Shown: piece by piece, positions 19,118 through 30,349 of the stretch
Numbering within the stretch: the first letter of the stretch is position 1
How the letters are laid out: each line of letters starts with the position of its first letter
Source of the DNA: Methanothermus fervidus DSM 2088
Lineage (GTDB): Archaea > Methanobacteriota > Methanobacteria > DSM-2088 > Methanothermaceae
Direction of reading: 5' to 3'
Assembly (NCBI GenBank): GCA_000166095.1
Contig: CP002278.1
Location: 930,001 to 962,000, forward strand
DNA length: 32,000 bases
Notes under the pieces: generated by a model
What the model was told of the DNA's origin: nothing
What the model saw: only the letters and a program-made list of their open reading frames with translations
The model's database searches: none
Made by a program: the position numbers and the translations under genes

Positions 19118-20255
19118 AATTAAAAAATTATATTGGATGATAAAAAAGGATGCACTAACATTGTGGAGACATAAACCAAGATTAATATCAATGTATCTTT
19201 TTCCAATACTTATGATTGTTTTGTTTGGTTATGGTATGGGTGGAGAATTGAAACACATACCAACAGTGATTGTAACTGAAAGCCACGGTCACCTAACAGA
19301 TAACACAATTTCAGCTATTAAAAAAATAGATATTTATGATGTTAAAGATGTGACTAGTGATGTTAATAAAGCTAAAAACATGGTAAAAAATGGAAAAGTA
19401 AAAGCGGCTATCATACTTCCAAAAAATTATGAAAATTATAATGAAAATAGAACTGTGACAGTTTATGTAGATTCATCAGATCAAATTGCTAGTGAATCTA
19501 TAATTCAAGCAACAAAAGCTATATTTACAAAAATACAGACAGAATCCATGATAAAAGAGATGAAAAATATACAACTAGTTATGCATGGAGTACAACCTAC
19601 AGGATTTAATTTGTTAGGTATGATAAATGTTGATATTAAAAAAGCATATGGAGATATAAGGTATATAGACTTTTTAACACCAGGAATACTTGCAATGACG
19701 GTTATGATGGCATGTATGTTTGCCATGGGAGCTACAATAGCTGGTGAAAGAGAAAGAGGAGAATTACCAAGATTATTTATGACACCAACTAATGTTAGCA
19801 CGGTTTTAATAGGTAAAATATTATCAAGGTTAACATTGGAGACTGGTAGAGCATTGGTTTTATTGTTTTGTGCAATAATATTATTTTCAGTGTCTGTAAA
19901 AGGTAATATACTTCTAGTGATACTTTTACTTGTTCTTACAGCATTGTGTTTTATTGGTTTAGGAATAATGATTTCTGGAAGGGTTGAAACACAAGAAGAT
20001 TATTCACAAATAGTAATGCCAATTGCAATGCCAATGATGTTTATTTCTGGAGTATTTTACCCAATAGAGACAATGCCATGGATATTTCAGAAAATAGCAT
20101 ATTTACTACCATTAACTTATGCAAATTTGGCAATAAGAAGTGTAATGCTTAAAGGAGCCTCATTAGGTACAATATGGCCATATATAGCTGTATTAATTGG
20201 ATATACATTGTTGTTTTTTGTGTTGGGTGTAAAAGGATTTAGAAGAGATATGTAA
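19098..20255 (+). CDS. ABC-2 type exporter permease
   Basis: N-terminal TM plus extracytoplasmic domain plus five C-terminal TMs, GERERGELPRLFMTPTN motif; overlaps the ATPase gene. Confidence 0.9.
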   Translation: MKSMEIEIKKLYWMIKKDALTLWRHKPRLISMYLFPILMIVLFGYGMGGELKHIPTVIVTESHGHLTDNTISAIKKIDIYDVKDVTSDVNKAKNMVKNGKVKAAIILPKNYENYNENRTVTVYVDSSDQIASESIIQATKAIFTKIQTESMIKEMKNIQLVMHGVQPTGFNLLGMINVDIKKAYGDIRYIDFLTPGILAMTVMMACMFAMGATIAGERERGELPRLFMTPTNVSTVLIGKILSRLTLETGRALVLLFCAIILFSVSVKGNILLVILLLVLTALCFIGLGIMISGRVETQEDYSQIVMPIAMPMMFISGVFYPIETMPWIFQKIAYLLPLTYANLAIRSVMLKGASLGTIWPYIAVLIGYTLLFFVLGVKGFRRDM

Positions 20256-20334
20256 CCTTTTTTATTTTTTATTAAATGATAAATTATTTATTATTAAGTT
20301 AAATTAAATTCTTAAAAAGTTGGAGGTATAGTCT

Positions 20335-21099
20335 ATGTTATGGATTTTGGTTGCAGTTGTAATAGTATTACTTATAATATTAGCTCAGTCATTGAAAATT
20401 GTAAATCAATATGAAAGAGGAATAGTGTTTAGGTTAGGTAAAGTTATAGGAGTAAAAGAGCCTGGTTTAAGAATTATAATACCATTTATAGACAGAATGG
20501 TTAAGGTATCTCTAAGGATTGTCACATTGCCAATTCAATCACAAAAAATAATAACCCAGGACAATGTATCTATAGATGTAGCTGCAGTAGCATATTTCAA
20601 AGTAGTTGATCCTCTTAAGGCAGTGATATCTATAGAAGATTACTATAGTGCTGTTAATCAAATATCACAAACCACAGTGAGAAATGTTGTGGGTAAATTT
20701 GAATTAGATGAAATATTATCTGAAACTTCCAAAATTAATGAGGAAATTAAAAAAACAATCGATGAACACACTAAAAAATGGGGAATAGAAGTGATGACAG
20801 TGGAAATAAAAGATATAAAATTACCTGAAAGCATGCAACGTGCAATGGCAAAACAAGCTGAAGCTGAAAGAGAAAAAAGAGCTAAAATTATAACTGCAGA
20901 AGGAGAATATTTATCAGCGAAAAGGCTTGGTGAAGCAGCAGATATAATTGAAAAACATCCAGTGGCATTACAACTTAGAAATCTTCAAGTACTTACTGAG
21001 ATTGCCGCAGAAAAAAATTCCACAATAGTTTTTCCAGCTCAATTTATGAGCAGCATCAATGATATAAAAAAGTTTATTGAAAAAGAATCAAGAAAATGA
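20335..21099 (+). CDS. Slipin (stomatin/SPFH/PHB-domain protein)
   Basis: N-terminal TM then [72 protein letters not shown]..; typical p-stomatin/slipin. Confidence 0.9.
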   Translation: MLWILVAVVIVLLIILAQSLKIVNQYERGIVFRLGKVIGVKEPGLRIIIPFIDRMVKVSLRIVTLPIQSQKIITQDNVSIDVAAVAYFKVVDPLKAVISIEDYYSAVNQISQTTVRNVVGKFELDEILSETSKINEEIKKTIDEHTKKWGIEVMTVEIKDIKLPESMQRAMAKQAEAEREKRAKIITAEGEYLSAKRLGEAADIIEKHPVALQLRNLQVLTEIAAEKNSTIVFPAQFMSSINDIKKFIEKESRK

Positions 21100-21112
21100 G
21101 GAGGTTTAAAAT

Positions 21113-21574
21113 TTGGCAAAAATTTTACCGGGTGCTAAAGTTATAGGAGATGTAAAAATAGGAAAAAAATCATCTGTATGGTATAATGCAGTTATAAGAG
21201 GAGACCTCGCACCAATAAAAATTGGCTCATACTCTAATATACAAGATAATTGTGTTATACATGTAACTGATAAACATGGTGTAAAAATTGGTGATTATGT
21301 TTCAGTAGGGCATGGCGCCATACTCCATGGATGCAAAATTAAAGATAATGTACTTATAGGAATGAATGCAACAGTGCTCAATGCTGCAGTTATAAATGAA
21401 AACTCAATAGTTGGTGCTGGGGCAGTTGTCACAGAAAATAAAGAATTTCCTCCCGGAAGTTTAATACTTGGTGTACCAGCAAAAGTTGTACGGGAATTAA
21501 CAAAAAAAGAAATAAAATCAATAAAAGAAAATGCTATAAAATATTATGAGCTTGCATGTAAACAGGAAAAATAA
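21113..21574 (+). CDS. Gamma-class carbonic anhydrase-like trimeric left-handed beta-helix protein
   Basis: Hexapeptide repeats; NCVIHVTDKHG..GHGAILHGC gives the gamma-CA His pattern including HxxxxH spacing; TTG start after GAGG. Confidence 0.82.
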   Translation: MAKILPGAKVIGDVKIGKKSSVWYNAVIRGDLAPIKIGSYSNIQDNCVIHVTDKHGVKIGDYVSVGHGAILHGCKIKDNVLIGMNATVLNAAVINENSIVGAGAVVTENKEFPPGSLILGVPAKVVRELTKKEIKSIKENAIKYYELACKQEK

Positions 21575-21576
21575 AC

Positions 21577-23661
21577 TTAGATTATTATTCTTGCATCACC
21601 TATACATCCACCATTCCCATCATTAAAAACAAAAACAGGGTTCAAATCTATCTCTTTAATTTCTTCATGAATATCCATTATAACACCTATCTTCATTAAA
21701 CATTCAACAAGAAAATTAATATCTTTCCTTTTTCTTCCCCTTACACCTTCTAAAATTTTGTATGATTTTAAGTCCTTAATCATGTCTACAGCAAATTCTC
21801 TTGTTATTGGATATACACCAAAACTAACATCATCTAAAACTTCAACAAAAATCCCACCTAAACCTACCATAAGGACTGGCCCAAAAATTTTGTCTCTTTT
21901 TGCGCCAACTATAACCTCTATTTTTTCTTCATCAATAAACTTTTCCACTAGAACACCCTCTATTCTAACATTTGGATCATGTTTTTTTGCATTATTAACC
22001 AGTGTATTATATGCTTTTTTTGGATTATCTGGGTTTATTATAACTCCACCAACTTCGGTTTTATGTATTATTTCTGGAGAAACAATTTTCATTACACATT
22101 TGCCTAATTTTTTACAAAATTCTAATGCTTCATTTTCATTTTTAGCTAAGTAACATTCAGGAACAGGTAATTCATAAAAATCTAATAATTTTTTTGCTTT
22201 GTATTCGTTTGGACTCTTCAATAAATTATCAATGTAATCTCTGTTTTTGTCTCTAATTTTCAAAAACTTTTCTTTAATTTTTTCTAACTCCTCGTCGTAA
22301 TCTTTTCTAACCTTCATTAAGCTATAATTATAGAGACGCGACAATGCTTTGACACCATTTTCAGGTGTTAAATATGATGGAATTCCTCTTCTCCTTAAAT
22401 AACCTTTCACATCTTTGACTGAAACTCCTCCAACAAAAGAAGTTATTAGTGGTTTATTTTTAACCTCTCTACAATTATTTTTTATTTTAACTAATGATCT
22501 AGCTACATCAATGGGTTTAGTCATTTCTTGAGGTGTTAATACAACAAGAATCCCATCTGTGTTTTTATCTTTTCCTAATAATTCAGTACATTTTTCATAT
22601 CTTTCAGGGGGTGCATCCCCAATTATGTCTAAAGGATTTGAAATATTGGCAGTGGGAGGTAAAACATCTTTAAGTTTTGAAATTGTTGATTTATCAAAAT
22701 TTGCTAACTTCATTCCATGTTCAACACATGCATCAGCTGCTAAAACACCGAAGCCTCCTGCATTTGTTATAATGGCAATTTTATTTGATTTTATTATTGG
22801 TTGTGTGGAGAAAATATGTATTAAATCTACTAGTTCCTCAAATGTATATGCTCTAATTATACCTGCTTCTTTAAATACAGCTTCATATATAGAATCCTCA
22901 CCTGCTAAAGCACCTGTATGTGATTTAACAGCTTTTTTTCCTATTTCAGTTTTTCCAGATTTTAAAGCTATTATTGGTTTTTTTCTAGACAATTTTTTGG
23001 CAGATTTTAAAAATTTTTTATCTTTTAAGCCTTCTATATATAAAACTACAATTTCAGTATCATCATCCTTTATAAAATATTCTAGTAGGTCACTTTCTTG
23101 GATATCTACTTTATTACCAATACTTACGACTTTAGAGAATCCAATGTTTAATAAAGGTGCAATATCTAAGATTGCATCCAATATAGCTCCACTTTGAGAA
23201 ACTATTGAAACTTTTCCTTTTGGTGGAAAAATACTTGCAAAAGTAGCATTTAAATCTAAATGTGTATTCATGATTCCTAAACAATTTGGACCAATAATTC
23301 GAATACCATAATTCTTTGCTATTTCTCTTATTTTATTTTCTAATTCATAATTTCCTACTTCTGAAAAACCTGCAGTGATTATGACTGCTCCTCTAATGTT
23401 TTTTTCTCCACACTCTTCTAATACTTTTGGTACAATTATGTTGGGTACAGCTATAACAGCTAAATCTATTTCATCTTCAACGTCTAAAACAGAACTATAA
23501 CATTTCATGCCTAATAAATTTTTGTATTTTGGATTTACTGGATATACATTGCCTTTAAAATTTTTTAAATTCCTTATTATAGAATATCCAACTTTACCTT
23601 TTGTCTTTGATGCACCTATAACTGCAACTGAATTTGGATAAAAGATGTTTTTTAAAGACAT
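21577..23661 (-). CDS. Acetate/acyl-CoA ligase (ADP-forming), fused alpha-beta subunits
   Basis: ATG at 23661 after GGGGAG (MSLKNIFYPNSVAVIGASKTKGKVGYSI). CoA-binding domain, SKSGKTEIGKKAVKSHTGALAGEDSIYEA phospho-His region, C-terminal ATP-grasp domain (HKTEVGGV..GLGGIFVE..). The N-terminal 63 aa of the track ORF is untranslated upstream sequence. Confidence 0.9.
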   Translation of the reverse strand: MSLKNIFYPNSVAVIGASKTKGKVGYSIIRNLKNFKGNVYPVNPKYKNLLGMKCYSSVLDVEDEIDLAVIAVPNIIVPKVLEECGEKNIRGAVIITAGFSEVGNYELENKIREIAKNYGIRIIGPNCLGIMNTHLDLNATFASIFPPKGKVSIVSQSGAILDAILDIAPLLNIGFSKVVSIGNKVDIQESDLLEYFIKDDDTEIVVLYIEGLKDKKFLKSAKKLSRKKPIIALKSGKTEIGKKAVKSHTGALAGEDSIYEAVFKEAGIIRAYTFEELVDLIHIFSTQPIIKSNKIAIITNAGGFGVLAADACVEHGMKLANFDKSTISKLKDVLPPTANISNPLDIIGDAPPERYEKCTELLGKDKNTDGILVVLTPQEMTKPIDVARSLVKIKNNCREVKNKPLITSFVGGVSVKDVKGYLRRRGIPSYLTPENGVKALSRLYNYSLMKVRKDYDEELEKIKEKFLKIRDKNRDYIDNLLKSPNEYKAKKLLDFYELPVPECYLAKNENEALEFCKKLGKCVMKIVSPEIIHKTEVGGVIINPDNPKKAYNTLVNNAKKHDPNVRIEGVLVEKFIDEEKIEVIVGAKRDKIFGPVLMVGLGGIFVEVLDDVSFGVYPITREFAVDMIKDLKSYKILEGVRGRKRKDINFLVECLMKIGVIMDIHEEIKEIDLNPVFVFNDGNGGCIGDARIII

Positions 23662-23751
23662 TGCACTCCCCAAAAAATTTAAGTTTAATTTAATAATATT
23701 AATAATTTTTATTAGGAACAAGAAATAATTATAATTTTGGAGGTAATTTTT

Positions 23752-24027
23752 TTGACATCGCAAATAGAGTTTATTTGTAAAAATAAAAAACTTGTGCTTG
23801 ATAAAGATAAAGTTAAAATAGAGGGTCCATTCCTCGATGATACGATGCAAATTGATGTAGTTGTTAAAAAAAATGAAAAAGATGTTATAGATTTTTTTAA
23901 AAGGATGGAAGATACTTTCTGTGAAATAAAATCTGAAAAATTAGAAGGAATGTGCCATATATATGATGTGAAAATTTCAAAAAAAGGAGAAAATTATGAA
24001 ATTACTTTCTCATTAAGTGAGATTTAG
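23752..24027 (+). CDS. Orphan small protein, unknown function
   Basis: TTG start at 23752 (MTSQIEFICKNKKLVLDKDKV...) with a perfect GGAGGT at 23739-23744; 91 aa, acidic/lysine rich, directly upstream of the caspase-like gene. Confidence 0.65.
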   Translation: MTSQIEFICKNKKLVLDKDKVKIEGPFLDDTMQIDVVVKKNEKDVIDFFKRMEDTFCEIKSEKLEGMCHIYDVKISKKGENYEITFSLSEI

Positions 24028-24036
24028 GTGGAAAAA

Positions 24037-25593
24037 ATGAAAAATAAATTACCTCTAATTTTACTCGCATTGTCATTTTTAATGTTTTTTATGAGCCTCA
24101 CATATGCTTATGGTGCAGATTCAGAAAAATATGCAATTTTAGTGGGTGTAGCAAACTACCAAAACATAAGACCTTTAAAATACACAATTAATGATGTATA
24201 TTCAATGAAAAATCTTTTAACAGAACAAAATTTCACAACTTATACATTGATAGATTCTAATGCAACAAAAGAAAATATCAAATCCACAATTTACAATGTT
24301 TCAAGCATGGTGAAAGAAAATGACACCTTTATTTTTTATTTCAGTGGACATGGGACAAATGGTCCAGATCTTCCTTACTATATATGTCCATATGATGCAA
24401 AAAATCTTTTAACCTGTATAAGAGCAGATGAACTCGCTACTTGGATTAAAACAATTAATTGTAAGAATAAAATACTTATATTTGACACTTGTTTTAGTGG
24501 TGGATTAGCAATTGAAAAAGAAAATGTTAAGACAACAGTATTATCTTATGTAACAAGTAATACAACAGAAAATGTTACAATTGGATATGTTTTTGGAAAC
24601 GAAACAACCGTAATTACTTCTTGCTCTGAAGATGAATTCTCTTATGAAGATTATGTATTAAACCATGGTGTTTTCACTTATTATTTCTTAAAAGCATTTA
24701 AAGATCCTAGAGCAGACATAGATAAAGATGGATTTATAAGTTTACTTGAAGCATTTAATTATACTTTATCAAGAGTTAGAAAATATGTTGAAAATCGGTT
24801 TTGGGATGAACAAACGCCAAAGGTTTATGGTATCGTTGCGAACATTAAATTTAGGCTTTTACTTCCTGATCTAACAGTGGTATCAGCTGCATGTGAGGTT
24901 TTATCTCCTTCAGTTTTGCGTGTCTCTTATATAGTTAAGAACATAGGATATGGTTTTGCATTAGCTCCTTGGCAAGATGTCATATATCTCTCTGCAACTA
25001 AAGTTTTGGAAGAATTTTATACAATAGCCGCAAGAAATAATATACAAAAGGATCTTTTAGCTAATGCGACTTACAATATTACAACATATATTTATTTCTC
25101 CTCGCAGAATCTTTACCTTATTATCCACTGTGATGAGTTAAATTATGTCCCTGAATTAAATAAAACAAATAATTATTTTGTAGCTCCTATATCTACCCTA
25201 ATTCCGTCTTCATCTAAATTAAATGAGAAAAATTTCTCAATAACAATTAAGAACGTTGGTTCAGAACCAATTCTATTTAAATATTATGTTAGCGTATATA
25301 CATCTCCAGTAAAAGGAAGTAGAATTCTTTATGATGAATATTTCTATTTCTTAACTCCTGGAGAAAAAATAATTATAGATCTAGGTAGTTTTCCAGCCAA
25401 TTACGCAGTGAGTACAACTTTTGAGATTATTAATCCCAGTAGTTCACCACTACATGCCAACATGCAAGCAGTTTTCAATGTTGAAGGATATGTGCCACAA
25501 ATATTGGTACTCTCCAAGTATATTCCAGCAAGAAGCAAGAAATATTATACAATAAGATTTACAACAAACAACAATTTTGTGGATATATGGTGA
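24037..25593 (+). CDS. Secreted caspase/metacaspase-like (peptidase C14 family) protein with EF-hand-type loop and CARDB-like regions
   Basis: Signal peptide [26 protein letters not shown]. Caspase strand [11 protein letters not shown]; His motif FYFSGHG (His codon 24349-24351); Cys motif [11 protein letters not shown] (Cys codon 24490-24492). [12 protein letters not shown] Ca-loop at 24715-24750; [34 protein letters not shown]-like. Confidence 0.85.
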   Translation: MKNKLPLILLALSFLMFFMSLTYAYGADSEKYAILVGVANYQNIRPLKYTINDVYSMKNLLTEQNFTTYTLIDSNATKENIKSTIYNVSSMVKENDTFIFYFSGHGTNGPDLPYYICPYDAKNLLTCIRADELATWIKTINCKNKILIFDTCFSGGLAIEKENVKTTVLSYVTSNTTENVTIGYVFGNETTVITSCSEDEFSYEDYVLNHGVFTYYFLKAFKDPRADIDKDGFISLLEAFNYTLSRVRKYVENRFWDEQTPKVYGIVANIKFRLLLPDLTVVSAACEVLSPSVLRVSYIVKNIGYGFALAPWQDVIYLSATKVLEEFYTIAARNNIQKDLLANATYNITTYIYFSSQNLYLIIHCDELNYVPELNKTNNYFVAPISTLIPSSSKLNEKNFSITIKNVGSEPILFKYYVSVYTSPVKGSRILYDEYFYFLTPGEKIIIDLGSFPANYAVSTTFEIINPSSSPLHANMQAVFNVEGYVPQILVLSKYIPARSKKYYTIRFTTNNNFVDIW

Positions 25594-25624
25594 CACTGTT
25601 TTTACAGAGAAGAGGAGGCATTAT

Positions 25625-26911
25625 ATGAAAATAAATGAAAAAGGACATTTAGTTATAGGAGAAGTCGATGCTGTAGAGCTTGCTGAAAAATATGATACTC
25701 CTCTTTATGTAATAGATGAAAATAAAATTAGAGAAAATTATAGGCGAATTTATAATGCATTTAAAAAAAGATATGACAAATTTAAGATCCTTTATGCATG
25801 TAAAGCAAATACTAATATTGCAATAATGAAAATTTTGAATGATGAGGGTAGTGGAATTGATGCTGTATCTCCTGGAGAGATATATATAGCATTAGTGGCA
25901 GGGTTTAAACCTGAAGAAATATTATTTACAGGTAACAATGTTAGAAATGATGAATTAGAGTTTGCTGTAGAATCTGGAGTGATGATAAATATTGATTCTA
26001 TATCTCAACTTAAGAGACTTTCAAAATTATGTAATCCTGAGGAAGTAGAAATATCTTTTAGGATAAACCCTCTCGTTGGTGCAGGACATCATGAACATTG
26101 TATAACTGGAGGAGAAATGAGTAAATTTGGTATAGCGGAAAAAGACGCTGTTAAAGCTTATTCTATGGCAAAGAATTTAGGATTTAAAATAAAAGGTATT
26201 CATTGTCATATAGGTTCTGGGATATTAGATCCAAGTCCATTTTTAATGGCTGTGGATGCTCTTACTAAAATTGCTGAAAGAGTTTCTAAAGAAGTTGGAA
26301 TAGAATTTGAATTTATAGACATCGGTGGAGGATTTGGAATCCCATATAAGCCTGAAGAACCTGAGTTAAATATTGAAAATCTTGCAAAAAAAATCATTGA
26401 GGTATTTAAAGAAAGGTGTGATGAATATAATCTTGGAAATCCATGGTTATATATAGAACCTGGAAGATACATTGTTGGAAATGCAGCATGCCTGTTAACT
26501 AGGGTTAACACAATAAAGAAGAGTTATAGAAAGTTTGCAGGCGTTGATGCAGGGTTTAATACTTTGATTAGACCAGCCATGTATGGTTCATATCATCATA
26601 TCATAGTAGCAAATAAAGCCAATGAAGAACCTTGTGAAAAAATAGACATTGCTGGAAACTTATGTGAATCTGGTGACATTTTTGCAAGAGATAGAGAACT
26701 TCCAAAACTAGAAGAGGGAGACATTCTTGCAATTATGGATGCTGGGGCATATTGTTTTTCAATGTCATCACAATATAATTCCAGACCAAGACCCGCTGAA
26801 GTACTTGTAAAAGATGACAAAGTGTCAATAATCAGGGAAAGAGAAAGCATCATAGACTTGTTAGATAAGCAAGTTATACCGGCAAGATTACTAAAAGGTG
26901 GTAAAAAATGA
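25625..26911 (+). CDS. lysA: Diaminopimelate decarboxylase
   Basis: Start ATG 25625 after GAGGAGG; [11 protein letters not shown]-Lys motif, [29 protein letters not shown]. Confidence 0.94.
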   Translation: MKINEKGHLVIGEVDAVELAEKYDTPLYVIDENKIRENYRRIYNAFKKRYDKFKILYACKANTNIAIMKILNDEGSGIDAVSPGEIYIALVAGFKPEEILFTGNNVRNDELEFAVESGVMINIDSISQLKRLSKLCNPEEVEISFRINPLVGAGHHEHCITGGEMSKFGIAEKDAVKAYSMAKNLGFKIKGIHCHIGSGILDPSPFLMAVDALTKIAERVSKEVGIEFEFIDIGGGFGIPYKPEEPELNIENLAKKIIEVFKERCDEYNLGNPWLYIEPGRYIVGNAACLLTRVNTIKKSYRKFAGVDAGFNTLIRPAMYGSYHHIIVANKANEEPCEKIDIAGNLCESGDIFARDRELPKLEEGDILAIMDAGAYCFSMSSQYNSRPRPAEVLVKDDKVSIIRERESIIDLLDKQVIPARLLKGGKK

Positions 26912-27780
26912 ATACAAAGACGATTTTATTCACAAAAATGCATGCATTGGGAAACGATTATATATTAATTGATGAGACTCGAGGAGAAATTGTTAAAGAA
27001 AGAGAAAAACCTGAATTCGTGAAAAAAATTTGTGATAGGAACTTTGGGGTTGGCGGGGATGGAGTAATTTTTGTTTCAAAATCTGATAATTTGGATATTA
27101 AATTTAGGATTTTTAATGCAGATGGTAGTGAAGCTGAGATGTGTGGGAATGGAATAAGATGTTTTGCAAAATATGTATATGAAAAAGGTATATTAAGAAA
27201 GAAAAGAATGAAAGTTGAAACTTTAGCTGGCGAAAAAATTCTAAACTTAAAGACGAAAAATAATCTTGTTGAATCTATAAAAGTAGATATGGGGTTAGCA
27301 ACTTTTAAAAGTGAAAAAATACCTGTAAAAACTAAAGATAAGACATTCATAAATAAAGTTTGTAAATTAAATGACAAAAAAATAAAATTAAGTGCTGTAA
27401 ACGTTGGTAATCCTCACACTGTTATTTTTGTGGATGAAGTATCTAGAGATTATGCAGAGAAAATAGGACCAGTAATAGAAAATCATCCAATTTTTCCAGA
27501 AAGAACAAATGTAAATTTTGTTAAGGTGTTAAATCCAAATGAAATTAAAATGATTACATGGGAACGTGGTGTAGGTATTACTTTAGCATGTGGCACAGGT
27601 GCAGTAGCATCTACAATAGTTGGTAGAAAACTAGGGAAATTAAATAAAGAAGTTACAGTTAATTTACCTGGCGGCAGGTTAAAAATAGAGATTTATGAAA
27701 AAAATAATAAAATAGGGGCATTCATGGAAGGTAAGGCTACTATGGTCTTTGAAGGAATATTATCAATGCCATGGCAATAG
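26908..27780 (+). CDS. dapF: Diaminopimelate epimerase
   Basis: [46 protein letters not shown]; overlaps the lysA stop by 4 nt. Confidence 0.95.
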   Translation: MNTKTILFTKMHALGNDYILIDETRGEIVKEREKPEFVKKICDRNFGVGGDGVIFVSKSDNLDIKFRIFNADGSEAEMCGNGIRCFAKYVYEKGILRKKRMKVETLAGEKILNLKTKNNLVESIKVDMGLATFKSEKIPVKTKDKTFINKVCKLNDKKIKLSAVNVGNPHTVIFVDEVSRDYAEKIGPVIENHPIFPERTNVNFVKVLNPNEIKMITWERGVGITLACGTGAVASTIVGRKLGKLNKEVTVNLPGGRLKIEIYEKNNKIGAFMEGKATMVFEGILSMPWQ

Positions 27781-27788
27781 GTGGTACA

Positions 27789-29120
27789 ATGCTAGGAAAA
27801 TTAGGTGAAAAATTAAGAAAAAGTATAAAAAAATTAGCAAAGATGCCAATAGTAGATGAAAAAGTAGTCAAAGAAGTAATTAAGGATTTACAGAGAGCAT
27901 TGATACAAGCTGATGTCAATGTAAAATTAGTGTTTAAACTCTCAAAATCAATAGAAAAAAGGGCTCTAAAAGAAGAACCACCAAAAGGTATAACTCCAAA
28001 AGAACACGTCATAAAAATAGTATATGAAGAATTAACAAAATTATTAGGTAAGAAATCATATAAACTTAAAATAGATAAGAAACCTTACAAGATTCTTTTT
28101 GTAGGGTTACAAGGTAGTGGAAAAACAACTACAGTTGCAAAATTAGCTCATTATTTACGGTTAAAAGGTTATAATTCAGCTGTTGTATGTACAGATACCT
28201 GGAGAACTGCTGCTTATGATCAATTAAAACAGCTTACTGAAGAAATAAATGTACCAATGTATGGAGATCCAAATGAAGATAATCCCATACGATTAGCTAA
28301 AGAAGGATTAAATAAATTCAAAAATTATGATGTAATACTATTTGATACTGCTGGTAGACATAAAAATGAGAAGGAATTATTAGATGAAATGGAAATGCTT
28401 AGCAAGGAAATAAACCCTGATGAAATAATTCTTGTTATTGATGGAACAATAGGACAGCAAGCTAAATCTCAAGCAAAAGCATTTTCTGAGAGGGTTAAAA
28501 TTGGATCAATAATTGTTACAAAACTTGATGGATCAGCGAAAGGTGGTGGAGCACTTTCTGCAGTGTCTGAAGTTGGAGCACCAATAAAATTCATTGGGAC
28601 TGGGGAAAAAATAGATGATTTAGAGGAATTTGATCCAGCAAGGTTTATGTCCAGATTGTTAGGCATGGGTGATATAAAGAGCTTAATAGAAAAATTTGAG
28701 AGGGTTGTTGAAGAAGAAGATAAAATTTCAGAAACTGTAGACACAATGCTATCAGGAAAGTTTACATTAAAGGATTTAAAGACACAATTTGAAACTATGA
28801 AGAAAATGGGTCCTTTAAAACAAATATTAAATATGTTACCTTTAGCTGGTAACATTCCTAAAAACTTTTCAAAAATAACTGAAGATAAAATCAAGAAATA
28901 TTGTGTGATTATGGATTCAATGACTGAAGAAGAATTGGAAAATCCAAGGATAATAAAATACTCAAGAGTGAAAAGAATAGCTAGAGGTGCAGGTGTAAGA
29001 AACGAAGATGTTAGGGAGCTACTAAGATATTATAAAACTACAAAAAAGGCTTTGAAAGGCTTTGAAAGACGTAAACTAGGTGGCCCAATACAAAGTATAC
29101 TAAAACAAATCATGCGTTAG
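27789..29120 (+). CDS. srp54: Signal recognition particle GTPase SRP54
   Basis: [50 protein letters not shown]; M domain at C-terminus. ATG 27789 after GGTGG. Confidence 0.95.
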   Translation: MLGKLGEKLRKSIKKLAKMPIVDEKVVKEVIKDLQRALIQADVNVKLVFKLSKSIEKRALKEEPPKGITPKEHVIKIVYEELTKLLGKKSYKLKIDKKPYKILFVGLQGSGKTTTVAKLAHYLRLKGYNSAVVCTDTWRTAAYDQLKQLTEEINVPMYGDPNEDNPIRLAKEGLNKFKNYDVILFDTAGRHKNEKELLDEMEMLSKEINPDEIILVIDGTIGQQAKSQAKAFSERVKIGSIIVTKLDGSAKGGGALSAVSEVGAPIKFIGTGEKIDDLEEFDPARFMSRLLGMGDIKSLIEKFERVVEEEDKISETVDTMLSGKFTLKDLKTQFETMKKMGPLKQILNMLPLAGNIPKNFSKITEDKIKKYCVIMDSMTEEELENPRIIKYSRVKRIARGAGVRNEDVRELLRYYKTTKKALKGFERRKLGGPIQSILKQIMR

Positions 29121-29128
29121 TGATCGGC

Positions 29129-30334
29129 ATGAAAGAGATTGTGAAAGAAATAATAGAATCAACAGGAGGTGCAATTTGCGAACGTTGTCTTGGGAGAATA
29201 TTATCAAGAGAACTTAAAGTTGAAGGGCATGATAATTTAGAAAGAGGTAAAAAAATAAAAGAAAAATTAAATTTAGACTTAAAATCAGAAAATAGATGTT
29301 ATATATGTGATAATATATTTGATAAAATAGATGAAGCTGCAGAAAAAGCAGAAGATAAAATAAATGAATTAGATATTGAGTTTTCAACATTTTTAGTTGG
29401 AAGTACTTTACCACCTGACATGTTACAACGTGATAAGGAAATTACTAGTCTTGTGTCTAAAGCTGAAAGCATTAAAAAAGATATAAATAGAGAAATAGGA
29501 AAACGGTTACGAAGAAAATTGAAAAAAAGGGTGGACTACCAAAACCCAGATATAGTAGTAAAAGTCAATTTTAGATATAAAGATCCAAATGTATACATAC
29601 AAATAAATCCATTGTATCTGGAAGGAAGATATAGAAAACTTGTAAGAGGTATTCCACAAACTAAATGGCCTTGCAAACATTGTAGAGGGAAAGGATGTCC
29701 AAAATGTAATTTCAAAGGTAAAATGTATGAAGAATCTGTTGAAGAAATTATAGCAGGACCACTCATTGAAGCAACGAAAGCAAGGGAAAGCAAATTTCAT
29801 GGTGCAGGAAGGGAAGACATAGATGTAAGGATGCTTGGTAAAGGACGTCCATTTGTAATAGAACTTAAAGAACCAAGACGTAGAAAACTAGATTTAGACA
29901 AAATTGTCGATGAAATAAATAAAAGTGCTGAAGGAAAAGTTGAAGTACTCTTCCTTAAGTATACTAATAGATCAAGAATAGTAGAGTTAAAAAGTATCAA
30001 AAGTTATAAAGTGTATAGAGCAATAGCTGAAATTGAAGGAAAAATAAAAGAAGAAGATCTAAAAAAGATTGAACCTTCGTTTATTGTTAAACAAAGGACA
30101 CCGTTACGAGTTTCCCATAGAAGGGCTGATAAAGTTAGAATAAGAAAAGTTTATGATATAAAACCAAAAATTTTGGATGAAAATACAATAGAACTCAAAA
30201 TAAAGGCTGAAGGTGGATTATATATAAAGGAATTAATTTCAGGGGATGAAGGTAGAACAAAACCAAGCATAACTGAAATGTTGGGAAAGCAAGCAAAATG
30301 TATAAAGTTAGATGTTATTGACATTGGAATTTAA
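29129..30334 (+). CDS. pus10: tRNA pseudouridine(54/55) synthase Pus10
   Basis: CERCLGRILSRELK..CYICDN CxxC pairs, AGPLIEATKARESKFHGAGREDIDVRMLGKGRPFVIELKEPRRR catalytic region. GTG 29120 is an alternative start. Confidence 0.93.
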   Translation: MKEIVKEIIESTGGAICERCLGRILSRELKVEGHDNLERGKKIKEKLNLDLKSENRCYICDNIFDKIDEAAEKAEDKINELDIEFSTFLVGSTLPPDMLQRDKEITSLVSKAESIKKDINREIGKRLRRKLKKRVDYQNPDIVVKVNFRYKDPNVYIQINPLYLEGRYRKLVRGIPQTKWPCKHCRGKGCPKCNFKGKMYEESVEEIIAGPLIEATKARESKFHGAGREDIDVRMLGKGRPFVIELKEPRRRKLDLDKIVDEINKSAEGKVEVLFLKYTNRSRIVELKSIKSYKVYRAIAEIEGKIKEEDLKKIEPSFIVKQRTPLRVSHRRADKVRIRKVYDIKPKILDENTIELKIKAEGGLYIKELISGDEGRTKPSITEMLGKQAKCIKLDVIDIGI

Positions 30335-30349
30335 TTGGAGGTTTTATTA

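Noticed and set aside
22559-23197. 212-aa plus-strand ORF
   Set aside because: Antisense shadow of the well-supported ADP-forming acyl-CoA synthetase; low-complexity Ser/Pro/Ile composition typical of a mirrored coding frame and no recognisable domain.
25577-25624. N-terminal extension of lysA ([16 protein letters not shown])
   Set aside because: It overlaps the 3' end of the caspase-like gene in another frame; a strong GAGGAGG RBS directly precedes ATG 25625, which matches the family N-terminus.
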